Source of the DNA: an uncultured Oscillospiraceae bacterium
GTDB taxonomy: Bacteria; Bacillota; Clostridia; Oscillospirales; Oscillospiraceae
Direction: 5' to 3'
DNA length: 64,000 nt
NCBI GenBank assembly: GCA_947625285.1
Contig: CANQNS010000007.1
Span: 11,253 to 75,252 of the forward strand
Part shown: positions 47,291 through 55,187 of the stretch, one piece after another
Position numbering within the stretch: the first letter of the stretch is position 1
Layout: each line of letters begins with the position of its first letter
The notes under the pieces: generated by a model
The model's input: the letters and a program-made list of their open reading frames with translations, nothing else
Database searches by the model: none
What the model was told of the DNA's origin: nothing
Position numbers and translations under genes: made by a program

Positions 47291-50095
47291 TCAAAACCAG
47301 ATGATCCGGCCGTTTCGGATCAGGGACACGGTGGGGGCAATATAGATGAATCCCACCACCACCGCCGCTACGGCCAGGAAAGCCAGCTGCACCAGCCAGT
47401 CCAGGAGCCTGGGAATGGGGCGGGTCCGCCGCCGCAGCAGGGGCGCGGCCGCCACCCAGATGACCAGTAGGGCCAGGCTGGCCCGGCGCAGGACGGTGTT
47501 GATGTCCACAGGGCGCAGCGGCGACAGATAGGGCGCGGCGTCGGCCTCCGGCTGGCTGTCGGCGGGCGGCGGGACATAGGCCCCCTCCGGCGTGGGTCCC
47601 CGGAACAGGTACACCCTGTTCTCCCCGTCCTGCAGGGGCACCGATACCGTGGTCCCCAGAAGCGAGCTGGTGGACACATATTCGCCGTTGACGGTACAGG
47701 TCCACCCGCCGGCTAGGGGCAGGTAAAGATACCGTCCCTCCCCGTCGGCGGTGATGGTGATGGAAAGACCGTTGGAGAAGGTCTCCAGGGTCATGTCCGG
47801 GTCCAGATCGGCGTCGTCGTAAAAGGCGTCCAGGGCCCCTTTGTCCAAGGCCGTCAGAGACACCGCCTGCTCCGTCAGATCCATGGCGGAGGCGAAGGTG
47901 ACCTCTGACCGGCCCGCCGGGAACAGGCCCAGGCAGAGCAGATTGGAGTTGAAGGCGGCGGGATAGACCCGGTTGTCCAGGTCCATATAAGTGGGCACCG
48001 CCACAGCCCGCCCGTTGGCGGTGATGTTCATAGCCATGCCGTCTACGCTCATATACATGAACGCGGGCGCGTCCAGCCGGACGGACAGGCTGTAGGTCCG
48101 CATCCCGTCCCCGGAGACGGTCATTTTGGCCGCCGGGACCGCGGCCAGGGTCCCCTCCGAGCCGGTGAAGGTCCGATACAGCACGTTGAGCCGGCCCGCC
48201 AGATCGGTCTGGTCGAAATAGCTCTCCACGGAGGCGGGGTCGTACATCAGCCCGATCACGCCGGGATAGCGGCACGCGCCGATCTGTATGCCGGCCACCG
48301 TATCGCCGGGGACGTACAGGTCCGGGTCCAGGCCGCTCCCGGACAGGACCCGGTCCACCCCCAGGAGCATATCCGTGAACACCGTGCCGCCGGTGTCCAT
48401 GATGCGGTAGTAGTTGACGGTATAGCCAAGCTGCCGGTAGACCGCCAGCCGGTAGGCGGAGTTGCCGCTCAGGATGCTGGACAGCGCGCTGGTCCCGGCG
48501 ATGGCGGGATATCCCGCGCTGAGACTGGCGTCCAGGTTCTTGCTCCGGGAGAGGGGCGAGATATCCCGGACGGAGAAGTAGTCGTACAGCTGCTCCGACA
48601 CGTCGATGTACGCGGGGTCGTACTCATGGGTGGTGGTATGGCTGTCGTCGGGGGCTATGAGGCCGCAGCCGTTGACGCAGATCTGCAGGACCGCCAGGGC
48701 CGTCACGGTCCAGGCGGCGGTCCGGCGGCTGGCGCTGCGAAGGACCAGATAATACAGGCAGACCGCTCCGATCCCGGCCAGGACCAGCGCGGCGAAGTAA
48801 ACGAAATACTCCCTGCGGCCCATGGCGGTCAAAAAGCACGCGCCGTATTCCCGGAACGCACGCACCACGATGGGCTCCGTCAACACCAGCACCAACGCCG
48901 CCCCGCAGGCCGCGGCGGCGGCGGGCCGCCGGGGAACGGCCGGCAGCGTCTCCGCCAGGTCCCGGCTCTCCAACGCCGCCCCCGCAAAGCCCACGGCGGT
49001 GGCGCAGATCATATACCCATACCGCATGGGGAAGTAGTTATACTGGCCGAAATGCCAGGCGGTGTCGATGTTGGTGAAGATCATGGGCAGGGCGAACACC
49101 CCGGCCATATACAGGAAAAACCGCCGGCCCCGCCGGAACCGTTCCTGCTGCTCCGGGGTGCCGAGCCGTCTTGTGCGCGCCGCCAGCAGCATGGCCGCGA
49201 AGCACAGCCCCAGGCCCAGCAGCATCAGGAAGGTGTGGCGGGTGTTAGTCAGGTCCCAGGTGGTCATGCCGGTCTCGATGCCGGTCTCGATGTTCTGCTG
49301 GAACCGGGCCGAGCCGCTGATGGAGGCGGCGGTGACCTGCCAGTAGGTGAGGGTGGTGCCATAGGCAAAGGCGGTGCAGAGCCCCAGCGACAGCAGCCGC
49401 CCGCCCCGCTCCCGCCGGGGCAGGACCAGATAGCACCAGCCCAGAGAATACAGCACGATGAACGCCGTCACCATGTAGGTGTAGTACACGCTCCGATAGA
49501 GGAAGTACATATAGGCCAGCGCGTAAAGGCCCGGCTTGCCCTCTCGCAGCAGCCGGTCCAGACCCAGCAGCATCAGCGGGAACATCGCCACCACGCCCAG
49601 CCACGTGAAGTTGGAGTAATATTGCAGGGTGAACCCGCAGAAGGTGTACAGCAGGGCCAGCGTCGTCCGATAGGGCACGCTCAGCCCGGGGAAACGGACG
49701 CTGACGGCCCCGGCGGCGATCAGCGCGATGATCACCAGATGCGCCGCCAGATACAGGCTCAGCCCCTCCAGCACATGGGACCGATCCACCAGGAAGAACA
49801 CCCAGTTATAGGGGTAGCGCAGGTCCACCGCAGAGTAGTTATAGCTCTCGCCCAAGCCGGAGAACCAGTCCAGATCCTCCGCCACCAGCCCGTGAAAGGT
49901 GTCCCACATCCTGTAATAACCGGGCGTGTAAAACTGTGCCGCGTCCATGTAGGCCACATTGTCGGTCCCGAAAGGCCATATGCCCCGCAGGGCATATACC
50001 ACCGCCAGGATCGCCGCCGTGAGCCCCGCGGAGAGAAGGCACGTTACCAGCCCGGTCCATATCTGTTTTTTCCAACTGGGGGACGATAAGCTCAT
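47291..50095 (-). CDS. YfhO family membrane protein (GT-C-type glycosyltransferase), second copy
   Basis: 934 aa. The N-terminus RGIWPFGTDNVAYMDAAQFYTPGYYRMW is YfhO-like. The protein is polytopic with a large extracytoplasmic C-terminal domain and a terminal TM segment. Confidence 0.85.
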   Translation of the reverse strand: MSLSSPSWKKQIWTGLVTCLLSAGLTAAILAVVYALRGIWPFGTDNVAYMDAAQFYTPGYYRMWDTFHGLVAEDLDWFSGLGESYNYSAVDLRYPYNWVFFLVDRSHVLEGLSLYLAAHLVIIALIAAGAVSVRFPGLSVPYRTTLALLYTFCGFTLQYYSNFTWLGVVAMFPLMLLGLDRLLREGKPGLYALAYMYFLYRSVYYTYMVTAFIVLYSLGWCYLVLPRRERGGRLLSLGLCTAFAYGTTLTYWQVTAASISGSARFQQNIETGIETGMTTWDLTNTRHTFLMLLGLGLCFAAMLLAARTRRLGTPEQQERFRRGRRFFLYMAGVFALPMIFTNIDTAWHFGQYNYFPMRYGYMICATAVGFAGAALESRDLAETLPAVPRRPAAAAACGAALVLVLTEPIVVRAFREYGACFLTAMGRREYFVYFAALVLAGIGAVCLYYLVLRSASRRTAAWTVTALAVLQICVNGCGLIAPDDSHTTTHEYDPAYIDVSEQLYDYFSVRDISPLSRSKNLDASLSAGYPAIAGTSALSSILSGNSAYRLAVYRQLGYTVNYYRIMDTGGTVFTDMLLGVDRVLSGSGLDPDLYVPGDTVAGIQIGACRYPGVIGLMYDPASVESYFDQTDLAGRLNVLYRTFTGSEGTLAAVPAAKMTVSGDGMRTYSLSVRLDAPAFMYMSVDGMAMNITANGRAVAVPTYMDLDNRVYPAAFNSNLLCLGLFPAGRSEVTFASAMDLTEQAVSLTALDKGALDAFYDDADLDPDMTLETFSNGLSITITADGEGRYLYLPLAGGWTCTVNGEYVSTSSLLGTTVSVPLQDGENRVYLFRGPTPEGAYVPPPADSQPEADAAPYLSPLRPVDINTVLRRASLALLVIWVAAAPLLRRRTRPIPRLLDWLVQLAFLAVAAVVVGFIYIAPTVSLIRNGRIIWF

Positions 50096-50162
50096 AAACG
50101 CCTCGCAGTACCCGGCGGCGCCCGGACACAGGGACCGCCATACTAATTATTAACGAATATCT

Positions 50163-50190
50163 ATTATAGCACGATATTTCCAAAACGCAA
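50163..50190 (-). promoter_or_regulatory. Candidate extended -10 promoter heading the glycan locus
   Basis: Minus strand shows TTGCGT (50185-50190), a 16-nt spacer, then gTGcTATAAT (-10 at 50163-50168). It lies about 68 nt upstream of the yfhO-2 ATG. Confidence 0.5.
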
Positions 50191-50207
50191 CAGCGCCCTG
50201 CGCCGGC

Positions 50208-50783
50208 TCACGCCCCGGCGAACCGGAACACCGCGCCGGCTGCGGCCCCGATGAGGATCAGGAACGCCGGATGGAGCTTTTTCCACTTTTTGCTGACGGC
50301 GAAGATGACCGCCGCCAGCAGCCACGCCTTCCAGTCCAGCACAGTCCAGAACCGGCTCCAGCCCTGCCAAGCGTCCGGGCGCAGCAGCGCGCTCACCGCC
50401 ACGGCCAGGCCCGCCGCGGCGATGAGCCCCGTGGAGGCGGGGCGGATGCCGTAAAAGGCCCCGTTCACATAGCGGTTGTCCCGGAACGCCCGCAAAAACG
50501 CCGCCACGATCACGATCACGATGATGCTGGGGGTCACGATCCCCACCAGGGCGCACAGGCTGCCCCAGATCCCCGCGGTGGTATAGCCGGTGTACACCGC
50601 CATGTTGATGCCGATGGGGCCGGGGGTGGATTCGCTGACCGCCAGCATATCCGCCACCTGGTGGGCGGTGAACCAGCCGGTCCGCGCCCCCATGTCGTAC
50701 AGGAACGGCAGCGTGGCAAGGCCTCCGCCCACGGCGAACAGGCCCGTTTGGAAAAACTCCCAGAAAAGCTGCAGATAGATCAT
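50208..50783 (-). CDS. chrA: Chromate transporter family protein (half-size ChrA)
   Basis: LFWEFFQTGLFAVGGGLATLPFL and ESTPGPIGINMA. Overlaps the upstream partner by 4 nt. Confidence 0.88.
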   Translation of the reverse strand: MIYLQLFWEFFQTGLFAVGGGLATLPFLYDMGARTGWFTAHQVADMLAVSESTPGPIGINMAVYTGYTTAGIWGSLCALVGIVTPSIIVIVIVAAFLRAFRDNRYVNGAFYGIRPASTGLIAAAGLAVAVSALLRPDAWQGWSRFWTVLDWKAWLLAAVIFAVSKKWKKLHPAFLILIGAAAGAVFRFAGA

Positions 50784-51322
50784 TTCCGGGCCTCCTTTCC
50801 CACATGCACGGCTATGCCGGCGGCGGCCGCCGCCACCACGAACAGCACCGGCGACACGTCCAGGAAATAGGCCAGAGCCGCCACCGCGATAAAGACCGCC
50901 AGCGTCAGCTTGTCGATCACCGAGGTCTTATAGAGCTTGCACACCGCGTTGAAGATCAGCACCGCCACCACCACCCGGATGCCGGCGAAGGCGTTCTGCA
51001 CCACGGCGTACTGGGCGAAATTTTGCAGCAGCGCGGCGATGATGCCGATGATGACGAAGCTGGGCGCCACCACCCCGTAGGTTGCCAGCAGCGCGCCGGG
51101 CACGCCCTTGAGCTTGAAGCCGATGAAGGTGGCCGTGTTCACGGCGATGATGCCGGGGGTGCACTGGCCGATGGCGTAATAGTCCGCCAGCTCCTCGTTG
51201 GTGCACCAGCCCCGGGCGTCCACCACCTCCCGCTGCAGGATGGGCAGCATGGCGTAGCCGCCGCCAAAGGTGATGGCCCCCATGCGGAAAAACACGGAAA
51301 AAAGCTCCCAGTATATCTTCAT
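50780..51322 (-). CDS. chrA: Chromate transporter family protein (half-size ChrA)
   Basis: FFRMGAITFGGGYAMLPILQREVV and QCTPGIIAVNTA. Confidence 0.88.
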   Translation of the reverse strand: MKIYWELFSVFFRMGAITFGGGYAMLPILQREVVDARGWCTNEELADYYAIGQCTPGIIAVNTATFIGFKLKGVPGALLATYGVVAPSFVIIGIIAALLQNFAQYAVVQNAFAGIRVVVAVLIFNAVCKLYKTSVIDKLTLAVFIAVAALAYFLDVSPVLFVVAAAAAGIAVHVGKEARK

Positions 51323-51434
51323 GGCCGCGCCTCCCGGGGCCCTGGCCCGGCTTTTGGGACGGAAAAACCAGCTTTTTCCAAATTCATCGTCTTATCCCCC
51401 TTGAAAAACGAAAGAAGTCTGGTAGAATAATACC

Positions 51435-52322
51435 ATGGATATGGAAAAAAAGAAAGTCGCCGTGATCGGCGCGCTGAACGTGGACATCGGGGGCCGGCCG
51501 TCCGGCCCGCTGGCCGCCGGGGACTCCATCCCCGGCCGGGTGGGCGTGACCCTGGGCGGGGTGGGCTGGAACATCGCCCGCAACTGCGCCCTGCTGGGGG
51601 CGGACACGTCCTTTTTCTCGCTGCTGGGCCGGGACGAGCATGAGAGCGCCATCCGGGCCGAGAGCCAGCGGTACTGCGTCAACATCGACGGCTGCCGCTG
51701 GGAGGACGGGCCCAACAACCGCTATCTTTACATCTGCGATGAAAACGGCGACGTGGCCGCCGCCGTCAACGACATGGCCCTGTGCGGCCGGATGGACACG
51801 GCCTTCGCCGCCCGGTGCCTTGACGCGCTGGCGGGAGCGGGCGCGGTGGTGACGGACGCGAACCTGCCGGCGGCCACCCTGGCCTATCTGGGCGAGAACC
51901 TGGCCGCGCCCCTGGTGGCGGACGGGGTCTCCGTGGGCAAGATCGGACGCCTGAAGCCCATCTTGCACCGGCTCCACACCCTGAAGGCCAATCTCCAGGA
52001 GGCGGAGGCCGTCACCGGCCGGACCGGCGCGGAGGACTGCATCCGGGCCCTGCTGGACGCGGGGGTGAAGCGGGTGGTGCTGTCCCTGGGTCCCGGCGGC
52101 GTGGTCTGCGGGGACGAGGCCGGCGCGTTCCCCGTCCCCTCCGTCCACACGGACGTGGTGGACGCCACCGGCGCGGGAGACAGCATGACCGCCGCCCTGA
52201 CGGTGGGCCTGGTCCGGGGCATGAGCTTTTCCGACTGCGCCGCTCTGGGCGTCACCGCCGCGGGCATCACCGTAGCCAACCCTGGCGCGGTGACGTCCGC
52301 CCTGGCGGTGCTGCGGCCCTGA
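51435..52322 (+). CDS. PfkB-family carbohydrate/nucleoside kinase (pseudouridine-kinase-like)
   Basis: VAVIGALNVDIGG, GGVGWNIARN, and the C-terminal DATGAGDSMTAAL motif. Confidence 0.85.
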   Translation: MDMEKKKVAVIGALNVDIGGRPSGPLAAGDSIPGRVGVTLGGVGWNIARNCALLGADTSFFSLLGRDEHESAIRAESQRYCVNIDGCRWEDGPNNRYLYICDENGDVAAAVNDMALCGRMDTAFAARCLDALAGAGAVVTDANLPAATLAYLGENLAAPLVADGVSVGKIGRLKPILHRLHTLKANLQEAEAVTGRTGAEDCIRALLDAGVKRVVLSLGPGGVVCGDEAGAFPVPSVHTDVVDATGAGDSMTAALTVGLVRGMSFSDCAALGVTAAGITVANPGAVTSALAVLRP

Positions 52323-52437
52323 ATCATACCCGCGGCGGGCTGCCGCTCCTTTTATCAGGCTGTCAAAGACTGGATGAATGGGAGCGAAGGCCGGTCAGGC
52401 CGAGCCGCGTCGTCGATGCACGCCGGTCAGGTCTCCC

Positions 52438-52628
52438 TTTGCCGCAAAGCGGCAAAGCTCGAATGACCGCGGCATCTCCTCTCCCCAAAAGGCAGGCGTG
52501 CCTTTTGGGGACCCCACAACACGCGTGAAGTCAAAAGCCGCAATACATCAGGCTTTTGACTTCCTGCCGGCGGGATTCACTTCCGCCGAGCAGTTTATAT
52601 CGAGCGGTCAAAAAACTTGTTTTTTGAC
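52438..52628. other. Cluster of perfect A/T-cored hairpins in the gap between convergent genes
   Basis: Four perfect hairpins: 52438-52456 (8-bp stem), 52483-52510 (12 bp), 52527-52563 (13 bp) and 52607-52628 (9-10 bp). An imperfect one lies at 52564-52593. Confidence 0.7.
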
Positions 52629-52634
52629 AAGCTC

Positions 52635-52835
52635 AAAAAAGAACTGAGAACTGCTCTGGCAGCTCTCAGTTCTTTTTATAAAAGCCACACCCCTGTGCGC
52701 TTTGAGGTCGGAAAGGAGTTTCCTGTATGAGAAAGCATCAAGAGGAGAAAGGGGAGTTACATAAAGGGCCCATGTTACAGGGGCGTGGCCGGCGGCTGGG
52801 TCACGGGCGGAAGAGACAGTCCTCCCGCCTCTGTA
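52635..52835 (-). ncRNA. Candidate ~195-nt small RNA (hypothetical)
   Basis: Minus-strand promoter-like TTGACG (52862-52867), a 17-nt spacer, then TTATAT (52839-52844). The predicted transcript ends at the 52640-52673 hairpin plus a U-tract. It contains a CU-rich stretch CUCCCCUUUCUCCUCUU (complement of 52740-52756). No family was recognised. Confidence 0.25.
52640..52677. terminator. Bidirectional intrinsic terminator
   Basis: 14-bp stem with one mismatch (agaactgagaactgc / gcagctctcagttct) and a 4-nt loop. It is flanked by A6 upstream and T5 downstream. Confidence 0.7.
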
Positions 52836-52925
52836 CTTATATAACCATATTTTTTCCAGTTCGTCAAGTGGTTTTTTGCAAAAAACTGGAAATTATCCCC
52901 CGGCCGGTCCCCGGGGGCGCGCCGC

Positions 52926-53771
52926 TCACTTCACGAACACGCACACGGCCATTTTCACCAGCCATTCCCGGCCCCACCGCCGCCGGGCGGCCCAGGCCAG
53001 GAAGGGCCGCAGGGGGACCTCCCGGTAGTACTCCGCCCGCAGGGGGGCGTTGGCGCGGATGGCGTCGAACCGGCGCAGGGTCATGCGGTTGATGTAGGCG
53101 ATATGCTCCGCGCCGTCCGGCCCGGCGGCGATCCGCAGCCGGACCCGGTCCGCTCCGTCGGGCACCTGCCGGCACAACCGCTCATAGGCGGCGATGAGGG
53201 TCCTCTCGCTGAAAAAGGCGTGGACCCAGGGGATGCCGATCCGGTCGGACATATGGGCACCGTAGGGGTGGTAATAGGGGGGGAAATTCACGAACAGCCT
53301 CCCCCCCGGCCGCAGCAGCCGGGCGCACTCCCCCAGCACCGCCTCCGGGTCCGCCACGTGTTCCATGGCGTCGTTCATGATAACGGTGTCGAAGCTCTCC
53401 GCCGGCAGGCCGGTGTCCGCCGCGTCCCGGCACAAAAAGGTGAAGCGTTCGCCCAGGTCCAGCCGCCGGGCCAGCTCCTCCGCCTGGGGCCCGTAATCGG
53501 CCACCACGTCCAGGCCCGTCACGTGCCGGGCCCCCTGCGCGGCGTAATACAGGCTCTTGCCCCCGGCCCCGCAGCCCACGTCCAGCACCGCCTTGTCCCG
53601 GAACATATCCCCCTCAGAATACCGCTCCAGGAAAAACTGCACCGTGTCCCGGCCCCGCTCAAACTGCCACATGGCGTAGGTCTTTTCGCCGTCATTCTGC
53701 AGGTTGAAGGGGTGGACCGGCAGCTTGAAAAGCCGGTTCAGGGCCAGCAGCAGCCCTTCCGCCGGCCTCAC
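52926..53771 (-). CDS. Class I SAM-dependent methyltransferase
   Basis: Motif I VLDVGCGAGGKSLY and the post-I/II motifs (VTGLDV, FDTVIMNDAMEHV, LRPGGRLFV). The proposed GTG start at 53771 overlaps the upstream stop (GTGA). The start is uncertain. Confidence 0.75.
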   Translation of the reverse strand: MRPAEGLLLALNRLFKLPVHPFNLQNDGEKTYAMWQFERGRDTVQFFLERYSEGDMFRDKAVLDVGCGAGGKSLYYAAQGARHVTGLDVVADYGPQAEELARRLDLGERFTFLCRDAADTGLPAESFDTVIMNDAMEHVADPEAVLGECARLLRPGGRLFVNFPPYYHPYGAHMSDRIGIPWVHAFFSERTLIAAYERLCRQVPDGADRVRLRIAAGPDGAEHIAYINRMTLRRFDAIRANAPLRAEYYREVPLRPFLAWAARRRWGREWLVKMAVCVFVK

Positions 53772-54715
53772 AGCGCGCCCTCCAATCCGGCCAGCACGGC
53801 GGCCTCCGTCTCCTCCGGCGTCCGGTCCGTCACGGCCCCCGCCGCGTCGGCGTGGCCGCCGCCCCCCAACGCGCCCAGGACCCGGCCCGCGTGGACGCGC
53901 CCGTCGGTGCGCAGAGAGACTTTCCATGTCCCGTCGTCAAGCTGGCGCAGCAGCAGCCCCGCCCATGTCCCCTCCGGCACGGTAGTCAGAAGAGACAGCT
54001 TGTCCATATCGTCCTCCGCCGCGCCGCAGGCGGCAAGGACCGCCCTGTCCGCCCGCATGACGCACACCCCCGGCCGGGGAAAGCGCATGGACTGGTAAAG
54101 GGCCGCCTCCAGCCGGAGCCGGGCGGGGGACTTGACGCCGAAAAGCCGCTTCGTCAGCCCCGCCGCGTCAAAGCCCGTGTCCCGCAGGGCCCCGGCGATA
54201 GCTAAGGTCCGGCCGGTGGTGCCGGGGGTGCGGAAGCAGTCGGTGTCCGTAGTCAGGGCGGCGTACAACGCCTCGCCCATCTCCGCCGTCAGGGCGACGC
54301 CGAGCTCTTTCAGCAGCAGATACACAAGCTCCCCCGTGGCCGCGCTGTCCGCCTCCAGATAGGCGGCCCGGGCATAGCCGCTGTTGGTGCCGTGGTGGTC
54401 TATGGCAAGATCGGTCCGGCCTGCCAGACGCTCCCAGCCGGCCGGGAACTGGCCCGGTCCCGGAGTGTCCACCGCCGCCACGAAGCCGGGCGCGAAGCCC
54501 TCCGGGGCGAAATAAGGGGTCATATATGGCTCATACCGGGCCATGGAGGGCGGGTTGGCCGCCAGATACGCCCTCTTGCCCAGGGCCCGCAGGCCCAGAC
54601 ACAGGGCGCAGCCGCTGCCCGCCGTGTCCCCGTCGGGCCGGACGTGGGTGATGATGAGCGCGTCCTCCGCCGCCGCCAGCAGCCCGGCGGCGCCGGCCAA
54701 GTCTACCGTATTCAT
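53768..54715 (-). CDS. DHH-family phosphoesterase (NrnA-like oligoribonuclease/pAp phosphatase)
   Basis: THVRPDGDTAGSG (DHH motifs I/II), DHHGTN, and the DHHA1 motif GGGGHADAAG. The ATG at 54715 was chosen; the upstream part of the track ORF is antisense to csoR. Confidence 0.85.
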   Translation of the reverse strand: MNTVDLAGAAGLLAAAEDALIITHVRPDGDTAGSGCALCLGLRALGKRAYLAANPPSMARYEPYMTPYFAPEGFAPGFVAAVDTPGPGQFPAGWERLAGRTDLAIDHHGTNSGYARAAYLEADSAATGELVYLLLKELGVALTAEMGEALYAALTTDTDCFRTPGTTGRTLAIAGALRDTGFDAAGLTKRLFGVKSPARLRLEAALYQSMRFPRPGVCVMRADRAVLAACGAAEDDMDKLSLLTTVPEGTWAGLLLRQLDDGTWKVSLRTDGRVHAGRVLGALGGGGHADAAGAVTDRTPEETEAAVLAGLEGAL

Positions 54716-54790
54716 AGGCCGCTCCTTTCCTGGGATGGCCCCATCATAGCACACCGGGCCGAACGGCGCAAGAAAAGTGAAAAACAGGGG

Positions 54791-54838
54791 TTGACATATA
54801 CCCCGTGGGGGTATATGATAAATACCCCATGGGGGTAT
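54791..54838 (+). promoter_or_regulatory. csoR-copA promoter with two CsoR operator palindromes
   Basis: TTGACA (54791-54796), a 17-nt spacer, then TATGAT (54814-54819). Operators are ATACCCCGTGGGGGTAT (54798-54814, within the spacer) and ATACCCCATGGGGGTAT (54822-54838). Both match the GC-cored TACCC..GGGGTA CsoR box type. Confidence 0.78.
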
Positions 54839-54859
54839 ACTGAAAAGGGGGGCGTTGCC

Positions 54860-55171
54860 ATGGACGGAGAGAAATGCTGCTGCTGCGGCGGCCAGCGGAT
54901 GACGGAGCGGTCGGAGGCGGAGCGGAAGAAGCTCATCCACCGGCTCAATCGGATCGAGGGACAGATCCGGGGCATTCGGGGCATGATAGAGAAAGACGCC
55001 TACTGCACGGACATACTGGTCCAGTCCGCGGCGGTGAACGCGGCGGTGAACGCCTTTGACCGGGACCTGATCGCTAGCCACATCCGGGGCTGCGTGGTCC
55101 GGGATCTGCGGGCCGGGGACGAGAGCGTGATCGACGAGCTGGTGGACACGCTGCAAAAGCTGATGAAATGA
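54860..55171 (+). CDS. csoR: CsoR-family copper-sensing transcriptional repressor
   Basis: LIHRLNRIEGQIRGIRGMIEKDAYCTDILVQSAAV..ASHIRGC gives the W-X-Y-Z Cys/His/Cys ligand pattern. The N-terminus is unusual: MDGEKCCCCGG. Confidence 0.9.
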   Translation: MDGEKCCCCGGQRMTERSEAERKKLIHRLNRIEGQIRGIRGMIEKDAYCTDILVQSAAVNAAVNAFDRDLIASHIRGCVVRDLRAGDESVIDELVDTLQKLMK

Positions 55172-55187
55172 CGAGGTGAGGTCGGAT

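Noticed and set aside
50096-50207. Possible riboswitch or leader between chrA and the glycan locus
   Set aside because: The gap is only about 110 nt, most of it accounted for by a promoter-like element and an SD. No conserved riboswitch core was recognisable.
52378-52647. 89-aa plus-strand ORF inside the hairpin array
   Set aside because: There is no SD. The sequence is dominated by palindromes, so any frame reads through by chance. The translation has no recognisable features.
52727-53092. 121-aa plus-strand ORF with a plausible SD (GGAAAGGAG)
   Set aside because: Two thirds of it runs antisense through the 3' end of the SAM methyltransferase gene, and the composition is atypical. It is kept only as an alternative explanation under the sRNA finding.
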